Virus record (IMG/VR): IMGVR_UViG_3300042901_002340
Length of the DNA stretch: 64,000 nucleotides
Strand: one strand, 5' to 3'
From: a virus
Lineage: Duplodnaviria > Heunggongvirae > Uroviricota > Caudoviricetes
Positions 53,054 through 62,674 of this stretch are shown one piece after another. The translations under genes were made by a program, and so were the position numbers. Under the pieces are notes generated by a model. That model was not told the origin of the DNA and searched no databases. It saw only the letters and a program-made list of their open reading frames with translations. Each line of letters opens with the position of its first letter. The stretch's first letter is position 1.

Positions 53054-53233
53054 TTAATTTAACCACTCAATACCACTATGAATTCGTGAAACTGTAACAT
53101 CATCATCTAACATAATTAAGTCAGTATAATTGAAATAATCCGTGACTGTATATTTAATACCATTGTATTTCACTTTTCTACCAATTAAACTAACCATAAC
53201 ATCAGATATATTCAATTTTTTATTCTCTTCCAT
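53054..53233 (-). CDS. cassette 6 small protein (59 aa, not in the ORF track)
   Basis: MEENKKLNISDVMVSLIGRKVKYNG...GIEWLN; ATG in the attC6 loop. Confidence 0.7.
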   Translation of the reverse strand: MEENKKLNISDVMVSLIGRKVKYNGIKYTVTDYFNYTDLIMLDDDVTVSRIHSGIEWLN

Positions 53234-53316
53234 GAATTTATTATTTTAGATTACAAAGGTAAACATTTATTTTCAATTTTCAAAATAAAACTGAATATAT
53301 CTGAGTATCGTTATTC
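53194..53316 (+). mobile_element. attC-like site 6 (123 bp), carries an internal promoter
   Basis: ccaTAACatcagatatattca ... tgaatatatctgagtatcGTTAttc. Confidence 0.82.
53254..53284 (-). promoter_or_regulatory. Bacteroidota-type promoter inside the attC6 loop
   Basis: TTTG, 19-nt spacer, TACCTTTG, then the ATG at 53233. Confidence 0.75.
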
Positions 53317-53712
53317 TCCTGTTTCTTCCTGGAATTCTTGAGCCATCCAATCGACAAAATTTGGTTCAGAAATCTCCTCAATCTCCCCCATCTCAAATTC
53401 TATTTCTTCTTCCCTACGGTTTACCCCAGCATTGAATGAGAACTCCATGTCCTCTCTAGTAAATCCTCCAAGTTTTCTAATCAACTCTTCCCTCTGTTTA
53501 GAGTTAATAGTTAATACTGCACAGGATCCTTGTTCATATTCACCTGCAGCGTTCTCCAGTATGTAGTCTGCATATTCACCAAGGTCTTCAAAGTCTTCTT
53601 CATCAAACTCCTCGTCATTCTCTGAGATTTTAATTGTTTCAACTCTAACCTCTTCGTTGAGAGATCCTCTTACCGCTATGAGGATGTGCTCCTCTTCCTG
53701 TACTTTTGCCAT
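53311..53712 (-). CDS. acidic hypothetical protein
   Basis: 133 aa; TAA stop inside the GTTA of attC6. Confidence 0.75.
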   Translation of the reverse strand: MAKVQEEEHILIAVRGSLNEEVRVETIKISENDEEFDEEDFEDLGEYADYILENAAGEYEQGSCAVLTINSKQREELIRKLGGFTREDMEFSFNAGVNRREEEIEFEMGEIEEISEPNFVDWMAQEFQEETGE

Positions 53713-54034
53713 TGTTTATGATTTTTTTTCTAATTTATTTACTATTAAGACTCCAAGAGGACCCGATACTGCGGCAATTAGCATTATTAACCAGATTGGA
53801 TAAACGTACCCATGGTAGTGACCTGTGTCAATATCCATTGTAAAAAATGCAATGAAGTGAGGTAGTGTTAGTAAAAAGTATACCCCAACTGACATTATAA
53901 TTGTCATCGATAATTTTTGTAATTGATTCATATTGGTTTATTTTAATTGCAAGACAAATATATGAAATTCATTTTAAATAAAAAAATTATTAAAGATATT
54001 TTTTTGATATATAGATGACAAAATACAACTAAAA

Positions 54035-54874
54035 ATGGAGAGATTAAAAAGTTTTAATGAATTTATAAATGAGGATGAATTCAAAATAGATGATCCTTCA
54101 AAAGCAGGTACACAGTTGGTTAATACTATTTCCCAGAATGTACCAGCTCATGAAGTCGGTAACAATAGTGGTGCTGTTGTCAATAAGTTTCAAAGATCTG
54201 TTGGTATATCCGATGGACAACCTTGGTGTATGGCTTTCATATACTATATCTTTGAAGAATTCAGTAAAAAATTGGGAATTACTAATCCGGTATATAAAAC
54301 TGGATCAACGTTGGACGAATGGGAAAAAACAAAAGGTAAAAAGATAACGGCGGAACAAGCAAAATCCAATTTTTCCTTGGTTAAACCCGGACAAATAATG
54401 ATAGCAAAAAGGGAAGGCGGCGGACATGCTGGTATAGTTACTAGTGTTGATTATAATGGGAAGAAATACACAACTATTGAAGGTAATGTTGGAATAGGTG
54501 GAGGAAAACAAGGGGTTGGATCATATAATAGGTCAATCCTAGTAGAGGGGCTTATCGGCTTTATTGATTATTTTCCGGATAGAAGTCCTGAATTTGATAG
54601 TAGTTTTATCTCAGCAATGAAGGGTGCAAAGCTAACTGATGCGAGCAGAAATGCAGTGGTTAGATCCCTACCTGGTGACGATATTATCGGTGGTGACTCT
54701 GCAGCTAGTTCTGCTGAGGAAGATAAAAAAAATACTTCCGGTGGACTTCTTGGTAAGATAGTTAGTGGGGCTAGAAAATTTACAAGTATAGGTAGGAAGG
54801 AAGAGGACGGTGGTGATGATAGCATAAGTGCAAAGGATGCAGTTGAAGCATTTGGTAGAGTAACGGGAAAATAA
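54035..54874 (+). CDS. CHAP-domain amidase/peptidase with MERLKSFNEFINE N-terminus
   Basis: PWCMAF...GHAGIV...TIEGN catalytic motifs; GATATATAG promoter; terminator at 54893-54921. Confidence 0.85.
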   Translation: MERLKSFNEFINEDEFKIDDPSKAGTQLVNTISQNVPAHEVGNNSGAVVNKFQRSVGISDGQPWCMAFIYYIFEEFSKKLGITNPVYKTGSTLDEWEKTKGKKITAEQAKSNFSLVKPGQIMIAKREGGGHAGIVTSVDYNGKKYTTIEGNVGIGGGKQGVGSYNRSILVEGLIGFIDYFPDRSPEFDSSFISAMKGAKLTDASRNAVVRSLPGDDIIGGDSAASSAEEDKKNTSGGLLGKIVSGARKFTSIGRKEEDGGDDSISAKDAVEAFGRVTGK

Positions 54875-55206
54875 CAATTAACATATAAAATCAAAAAAGG
54901 TCTGATTTCTCAGACCTTTTTCTTGTAATCAATCAAAACAAATAGCAATTCTGGCGGAATTGTATTATTCGATTAGTTCTGGAAATTTTTCCTCTATCTC
55001 GTATCTATCATGTCCAAATCTCTCTCTAAGCATATTACTTAGAGCTATTGGACCTGACGTGTATTCAACCATTGGGTATTTTTCACCCTCGTCTAATGGT
55101 AGAACGTTACGTTCTATTGAGTACTCTTCCAGATATTGAAAAAACAAAGAGTCAAACTCCTCATTTTCCCCTAGTACTGTTTGTATTTTTATTGTTACCA
55201 GTTTCA

Positions 55207-55764
55207 TTATGTATAAACTACTATTCCGTTCTCTGCTCCCAATCTAAATGCCTCTGTGAAATCTTCATATGTTCTCATCTCCCATTCTATTGCCGTACTA
55301 TCATAGCTAAATTCCCTCATGAGATAATTCTGAAATTTCTCTCGGTTCTCAACAAATTGTGGATGTAGCTTTTTACAAACTTCAGTTCCTAATATACCCT
55401 CACAATCACTAAAGTTTATCATTTCGAACACTGGTGAATTTTTATATTCACCAGTGTTGTTCCATATAATCTCCGGCTCAACGCCAACTACCGCTTTGGA
55501 AAGAATCCTTCTGAATCTATTGTAGCTACCATAACTTCCAGCTCTGAAATGATGCTCCTCCGTTAGATCAGTTTCTGCATATTTTCCGCCCTCCATATCT
55601 TCGCACTTATTGTATCCACCTTGCTCAGATCCGTATGGTGTGGTGTTTATCTTGATTCTGGTTTTCTTTATCTTGGGCCTTAGTTGCCAAGATAGAGATT
55701 TAACCCTCTCGTCCAATTTAACTTTCTTCTCGAGATTGCTGATTGCCATTATATCTAATCCCAT
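55207..55764 (-). CDS. hypothetical phage protein
   Basis: MGLDI...FRAGSYGSYNRFR...INFSDCEG. Confidence 0.7.
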   Translation of the reverse strand: MGLDIMAISNLEKKVKLDERVKSLSWQLRPKIKKTRIKINTTPYGSEQGGYNKCEDMEGGKYAETDLTEEHHFRAGSYGSYNRFRRILSKAVVGVEPEIIWNNTGEYKNSPVFEMINFSDCEGILGTEVCKKLHPQFVENREKFQNYLMREFSYDSTAIEWEMRTYEDFTEAFRLGAENGIVVYT

Positions 55765-55826
55765 TCTATCTGTTTTTAATTACATTGCAAATATATGAAA
55801 TTCATTTCAAATAAAAAAATAATTTT

Positions 55827-58811
55827 TCAATTAAATTTTCTATATGGTTCAACTGAAATGACTCTTGATTTATAATACGAGCTCTCTAGACACTTAGGGC
55901 AAAGGTTTCTCCCATATACTCCATTTTTTGGAGTACTTGGATTTACATTCATCGTTGCGATCTTAATTTGGTCCTCTATAAAGTCATTATAGCAACCTCC
56001 ACACATGATAATGGATTCTTTTTTCTTCTTTCCCATAGTAAAAAAATTAGGGGATTCAAGAATAAACCCAATCCCCAGGCTGATCATTGGTTACAGACCA
56101 ACTACAACTACAACAAAATTTTAAATATTTTCGCTCCTATCAGTTTCCTTGTTGTTAACTGAAACTGCTTTCATGAATATTATCACGAGAACCGCTCCAA
56201 ACCAACTATTTAGACTTAGCTTAACAGGGAATCCTATGTATTGCAGTCCAAGAACTAGAGACAATGGCAGGCAAATAGCTATTGCTACAGCTGCTATCAA
56301 GCCCAATAGGATAAGTCCTATATTCTTTTTGCTCTTTCCGCTCTTTAGTATTTTTTCTATTAATCCTTTCATAGCTTATAAAGTTATTCCAAATTCGTTA
56401 ACCTCGTCCCTTTTTCCTATTGACCATGTTGAGTTACCATCTATAAGGATTTCAACTATCTGACCATATTTAGAATTGGATGATATTCTAGTAATGTAAT
56501 TTGCAGGATTTTTAATTTTATCGTAAGTAAACGATTTACCGCTTTGATAGATGACAGTTACGTCATATCCTCCAGGTTTTAGACTTAGAGGATTTGTTCT
56601 GAAGTCATCTCCAACGTGAATGTTTTTCCCCATTTTATTTTCCGTTAAAAGGATCCATGTCCTTGTTAGGTATTAGATTCCAGCTTTTTTCTGCTCCTGG
56701 CGATTGCATGATGCTTATTGATTTTGCTTTCTCTTTTAGTAAGATTAAGGCTTGCTCCATATCACCATCAGCAATAATAGCTCTGATTTCCTTTGCTATA
56801 TCAGTGGCAACATCAACCATATAAAGAACAGAATGTCTTTGTCTGTTAGCGTTGACCGTTAGAGCCATAAGTGATAGCTCTCTTGGGTCCGCAGCGAATG
56901 TGTCTGTCTTCGCACTGAATGGAACTGGAAGGAATGATTCTATTCCGTTTGCACTGGCTATTCCGTAGTATTTCATTTTCTTATGTTTTTAATTGTTAGG
57001 CAAATATAATAATAAAAATCGAATAAAAAAAATATTTTTCGATTTTTTTTAATGGAGGAGGATCGATTTAGTTTAAGATCTCTCCTCCGTATATATTGGG
57101 CTTTGGTTATATATCAATGATCTTCCCAGTATTTTCTTCTTGTTGAATCGATGTAACTTAAAGTTAGAGGCACGTCGAAAAAAAAATTATAGTACTCTTC
57201 ATTGGTTGGTGGTTTTATTTCCTTCAACTTCCAACTCATAACGAGGGAATCTATTTCACCCCTTTTCACCGTCTTTATTTTTAGAAGTCTTTCGTTTCTT
57301 AGTTTGTTTCTTACCTCGTTGCCACCAGCCTCCTTGATACATTTTTTTAGAATGTATTTTTTTCTAAGAGTTCTTATTTTTCTCTTTAACATCCTTAGAA
57401 GTTTCATCCTTAAAATGTTTTATTCTTTCTTCGAGTACTTTTTCACTAAGATCGAATCCCTCGCTAATTAGATGTTCATGGAGACCTGATTTGTCTATCT
57501 TTTTATTCGCTTGATAGTATTTTTCAATTATTCTAAAAATAATATCTTCTTTAGTTGCTCTTTCCATTATTTAGATGGTTTGTTAACCAACATTGATATA
57601 CAATGCAGCATAATTGTGCTCTTGTCTTCTGGATTGATTATACTGGAATCCAATTCTCTTCTTAGAGCTTCTGCTTGGAGATATACGCTTCTCGCTATTT
57701 TCTTGACTGCTTTGTCGTAATCCACTAATAGTGCCTCTGTTTTTCCGTCCATGTTTGATGGTTTATTTTAAATTTGGTTTACCGCAGATCTTTATTACGC
57801 ATTTGTAACAAGTTACTGCTGTAGCCTTTTCGTCAACATTTGTGACTTTTTCTCCGCATAGTTTACACGGCATGCTTTTTGATGTTCTGGCTTTATTGTA
57901 ACTAGAACCTCCTGAGTTTTTAGTAGTAGCCATCTGCTTCAAGTTGTTTAAGTTCATTAATAACATTTTGGTCAGGTATAACTTCTCTCCCGGGCATATG
58001 CTCACTAACGAATTTTTGTAGAAATCCGCATCTCTCGTATTCCTCTCTTTCCAGAAACAGAGCTGTCATTCTGTTTATTGCACTACCTATTGATTCCTCG
58101 GTGCTTCCTTCCATGGCTTTTGATCCTTGCTTGGCAAGCAGATCGTATGCAACATAACAGCCATCTATAAAACTCCTTAATGTTTCCCTTCTGGTTCTTT
58201 CCGCTACCTCTCTGGCTTGTTCTTCAAGATACCCGTTGATATCTTCTCCTAAGTCATCATCGTCATTTTCGTACATATTACTCTATAATGTTAATTTTAT
58301 TTACTAGATCCAACTCTTTAGCTTCCCTATAAAGGGTTCCTCCCTCTGAGACTATCTCCATTTCACCTTCGAAAATGGAACTCGTGTCCCTGTAGATTTT
58401 TTCTCTAACAATGGCTCCTCCTGCAAGGTATGTTCTGTTCTTGATTTCGTCGTGTTTTTTCCTATTATCAGTTTTACATACAAATCTTATTGCTGCCATA
58501 TTTAATGGTTTTTTTATATATGTATTCTAGTATAAAAAATCACAAAAATTTCATTAGACAATAAAAAATTACACTTCAGAGTCCCTCATCGAATTGATGT
58601 ATCCTTTGAATAGAATTTTCTCTCTGCCATTCATGGTAGAGTGAAACTGTTCAAAGTTTCCTGATGAAGCTTTAAAGTCTTGGATTAGAAGATTGAGTGT
58701 TCTACTTTCTACCTGTGTTTTAATCTTTGGTGATTTTGTGCGATTTTTTCTAACCTGTGGTTGTGTGGTGGTGGCAGCATCTACCTTCATTTTGCCTCTT
58801 AGTCTTTCCAT
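55827..58811 (-). other. run of about 11 small hypothetical ORFs, including 56635..56976 and 57920..58276
   Basis: Compact minus-strand ORFs. Confidence 0.6.
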
Positions 58812-58829
58812 TTTTATTGATTTAATTGA

Positions 58830-59435
58830 TTAGCTATTGTATAATCTACCATTCTCTAGGAATTCATAACGGTCACTATTAGATATTGTTTCCGTTAGGT
58901 TTTCGTCACTGAAGTATTCTCTAATTCCCCTTATGATTTTTCCTTCCACGTATATTAGATGAGCATCAAATATCTTAACAGCATTTTCTGAACATCCTCT
59001 TATTGCTATTGATCTGGGATCGTGACTTGGTAGCATAACTTCAAAGTCGAGTGTCGATGGATCCTCGTCCATTCCTATCACCGTGAAGTTAACGTATCTC
59101 TGAATGATTTTAGGTATACCCAACCAGGTTTTAAACATGTCAGTGTTTGTTATCTTTATTGCCTGAGTAACATTAAGATTTCCGTTCTTGTGTGTGATGC
59201 CAGTTCTGAGATTTTTCATAAGAAAATCGTGCCCAAGATCTTCCAGATATTGATCCCCGAAAGTTTCTTTCATGGTCTGCTCACTTGGTTCAAATAACCA
59301 GCAATCGTCGATAGCCCAGTCAAAAACAAGTTCATGAGGGGTGTTTTCTTTTAGCTCCTCTCTAACGTCTCTAACTGCTTTTTTCTTGGCTTCTTCGGAT
59401 AATTCCGAAAATGAGTAGATATTTAGGACCCTCAT
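58830..59435 (-). CDS. hypothetical protein, early paralogue of 60672..61307
   Basis: YSFSELSEEAKKKA; TAnnTTTG-type promoter. Confidence 0.7.
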   Translation of the reverse strand: MRVLNIYSFSELSEEAKKKAVRDVREELKENTPHELVFDWAIDDCWLFEPSEQTMKETFGDQYLEDLGHDFLMKNLRTGITHKNGNLNVTQAIKITNTDMFKTWLGIPKIIQRYVNFTVIGMDEDPSTLDFEVMLPSHDPRSIAIRGCSENAVKIFDAHLIYVEGKIIRGIREYFSDENLTETISNSDRYEFLENGRLYNS

Positions 59436-59503
59436 GATTTTTTATTTATTATGCAAATATAGGAAAATTTTTTTTAATAAAAAAAATTATTTTGATTATT
59501 TTT

Positions 59504-60591
59504 TTATATCAGAAGGTCGTGACCCTTAGTTTGATAGTTTTTTATTGATTTTTCTAGACTCCGCATTTTCTCCTTGTATATTTTTTCAGCCTCTATTTTT
59601 TCAAGATATGCTTTTTTCTTAGATTCATACAGAACATTTATCTTTTCAACTGTTTTTATCAATAGCCATTCCACTTTTTGTGTTGGTGCTAAGTCAATTC
59701 CTGGTTCGTATTCAATGTATAACCCGTCGTTTGAACCCTCTATTGTATAGTCAAGCTTTTCTTGGTAATATGGTTTCAGACCTCTTTTTAGATTTAGAAG
59801 GATGTCATCTAGAACACAGTCTGGCTTCTTAGATATTGTTGCCTTAATGCTGTGCTCATTTCCATATGCATGAATTTGTGTAGCAGCTGCATGAATTAAA
59901 CTCGATTGTCTTTGAATCTCCCCCTGTAGAGTTTGTAGTGCATCTATTCCTCTGTCTCTAATCAGATTTGATGTTTCAATGTCGTATGAAACATATTTTC
60001 CAGTCCAGTCATTATTAACTCTCCCATATTGGTCTATAAGAGAATAGTAATCGTTTTCGTTTCCCATTATATCATAAAATTGTGTCCTCTTTTGAGAACT
60101 GATTCTATAGTTTTTTCACTTTTCTCCAAAAATCCTTTATGTGTGTGCTCTAGATCCTCTATAGCCTGGTATAAATCCGCTTTTATTTTTTCATAGTCTT
60201 CTATTCCCTTAATCCTTGAATCGATATGCGGAGTTGCTAATTTAACCATTGTTGGATGATACCATAATATAACAGGTGACGGATTTCTGAGTTTCTGTGA
60301 AACAAATGCTAGTATTAAATTCTCGTCATCTGTCTCTGAAATCCCGTAAATCCCGTTTAGTTCTCCATGTTTACCTTTGGTGTATGGTTTTAGTCCATTA
60401 TTGATATTAGCTCTTGCTTCGGTTTCGAACTTTTTAATCCGGTTGTCGGTTCTCGAACCAAACATTTCCGTAGCATGACTTTTAAAATCGCCGTAAATAA
60501 GCTCCCTTATCCTGTCAATTTTGGTAGTTTTTTTACGGTCAAAATAGTCAAATGTATGTGAATCGTTATATCTATCGAATAGGTCTCTCAT
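59504..60591 (-). other. tandem paralogues 59504..60067 and 60067..60591
   Basis: Shared GLKPY motif and GHDLLI / GHNFMI tails. Confidence 0.65.
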
Positions 60592-60671
60592 GATTACAAT
60601 TATAATTCATATTGCAAATATATGAAATCATTTCGGAATAAAAAAATAAAAGCACATCTTTTTGATGTGCT

Positions 60672-61307
60672 TTAGATTATATTACCATTCTTATCAAACT
60701 TGTAGTCGTTTGCTTTGATGTCTGCTATTATATGTTCATCTTCAAAGTAGCTGTCATGTTCCTTATTGAGTTTGGAATATATCTCTTTACATCTGCTCTT
60801 CACCCAAGGTGACCCAGCTTCTTCTATATTACGGCATTGAGAATCTACTGATATTTTTATATCCAGATTTGAACCTGGTGATCTAAATAAAACTATTTCT
60901 TCTTCCCCGTCAACCTCACAGTCAAGCCTAACAGAGTTCTCGTGAACATGTCTGGTGTCTGTTCTAACTATTGATATTTCTATATTGTCAAGAACCTGGT
61001 CATTCATTTTTTTCATACCGAGTGTTTCTTTTACGAAAAGTTTTATATCTGTTACTCTTCCCGTGAATGAAGCTCCGTCTCCTTGGCTATGGAATCCTGA
61101 AAATTGTATATCAACGTCTTCGAATCCCTCATCCTTTAGTTTTTCAGTCTCGTCCTCTATTATTCCTTCGTACCACCAATCCCCCATGGTGTCATCCATG
61201 GAACTTCTCTCTTTTTCTATTGCATGATCCTTTGCGTCCTGTGATAGTTCATCGAATGTGTATTCCATTTCCTCCTCAAAACTCTCGAATGTTTTTATTA
61301 TTTTCAT
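60672..61307 (-). CDS. late protein with MKIIKTFESF N-terminus, paralogue of 58830..59435
   Basis: YTFDELSQDAKDHA; GATATATA promoter; terminator at 60648-60673. Confidence 0.75.
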   Translation of the reverse strand: MKIIKTFESFEEEMEYTFDELSQDAKDHAIEKERSSMDDTMGDWWYEGIIEDETEKLKDEGFEDVDIQFSGFHSQGDGASFTGRVTDIKLFVKETLGMKKMNDQVLDNIEISIVRTDTRHVHENSVRLDCEVDGEEEIVLFRSPGSNLDIKISVDSQCRNIEEAGSPWVKSRCKEIYSKLNKEHDSYFEDEHIIADIKANDYKFDKNGNII

Positions 61308-61736
61308 ACATTATATATCGAATGCGGTCGTGTATGTGCGAACACCGTGGGATTATTTGTCCCTTTCCCTATCCCTCTCCCATCTTTGATTATCCCTATA
61401 TGGAAAATAAATGCATGCCACGAAGACAGCAAAACATTGAACGATGAAATTCCACCGCAGAGGATTTGGTTCCCATTGTATAAGAGCATAACAAATGTAA
61501 ACTATTGTGATGTTACCAAGCATCTCCATCAACCCTTCTTTTATAGTGACTTTTCTACCCATTATTTGAGATTGTTTTTAAATTTTATGATGTGTTGATG
61601 ACAATGTTTCGATGAATGATTCTCCATGTGTTTATTTGTCCGCTGCTGAGATATAATTGGATTTATCTATACTCACATGGGTTTATTATTATTGATCAAA
61701 TACGGTCTTATATGAGCCTATATAAACACGCTATAT

Positions 61737-61761
61737 GTAGTATGTTACTAACATAGTATGT
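61737..61761. promoter_or_regulatory. Motif B palindrome at the strand switch
   Basis: gtagtatgttactaacatagtatgt, upstream of a plus-strand TAATTTTG promoter. Confidence 0.7.
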
Positions 61762-61811
61762 TTTTTATGGTTTTATTTTTTTTATCCGCAAACATTCTTT
61801 AATTTTGTTGC

Positions 61812-62664
61812 ATGGTAGAAATTTTTGAATATAAGATTTGGTTTGATATAAAGCCTATTAAAACCAGCAATGGTGAATTGGAAATGGAACACGGTGAGCT
61901 TTACGAGATTGAAAAAATGAAAGTTACTAACGGATCCGGTAGTGTTTATAAGATAAGAGGAAGATTTAAAGGATGTGACCACCCCAGAAGAAGTTATATC
62001 ATAGTTCCTGAAAGAATCTATAAACTCATAGAAGCTTATGTTAATGAACCTGATTTTATAAGAATAAAATAATGGAGCCCATTGAATTTGTGTATTCTGG
62101 TGACTATGATATGTCCCACATGGTCAATGCTTTTTGTGATCAGTGTAATATCTCCTTTGGTAATGGAGGTGATAGAAAATTCTCCGTTGGTGAGGTTTAC
62201 ACAATAAGAGAAACCGAAAGTGATAGTTCTTGGTATGAATGGGGATTTGTTAAAACAATAAATGGTGCATTTGGTAGACAAGATATATCGGTCTATACTG
62301 GAATCTGCATCACACAAGATCATGCAGATGAGGTGCTTCTCTATATTAATGGACCAGACTTCATAAAAATTAGATAATGTCTAAAATTGGATCTTTTATA
62401 TACCGGGATGAATATGGACTCAATGATCTCATAATGGGATCATTTAAGTTTATTGATGGCACTGAGTACGCTTTTGGTACCAGTGAGGATGAAGGCATCA
62501 GAAGAAAACTTGCTGCAGGTTATAGTGGGAGAAATCTTTATGGAAACTTCATGGACTGTGAGTCCGTAAATTACCCATACTTCACAGTGGTTAATATACC
62601 GGATCAACATTGTGACATAATAAATCTGATTTGTTTCGGTAAGGGTTGGATTTCTGTGAAGTGA
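61812..62664 (+). other. three small ORFs (61812..62072, 62072..62377, 62377..62664) with tails PDFIRIK, PDFIKIR, GWISVK
   Basis: Coupled start/stop overlaps. Confidence 0.65.
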
Positions 62665-62674
62665 TATATACTTC

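Larger units (their letters stand above)
50710..53316 (+). mobile_element. integron-like gene cassette array (CALIN-like, six attC sites, inverted ORFs)
   Basis: Six TAAC...GTTA hairpins of 123-136 bp; each inter-site segment has complementary ends. Confidence 0.88.

Noticed and set aside
53310-53960. A seventh cassette containing 53311..53712
   Set aside because: No complementary ...GAATAAC end and no further hairpin were found to the right, so this gene is treated as resident phage DNA flanking the array.
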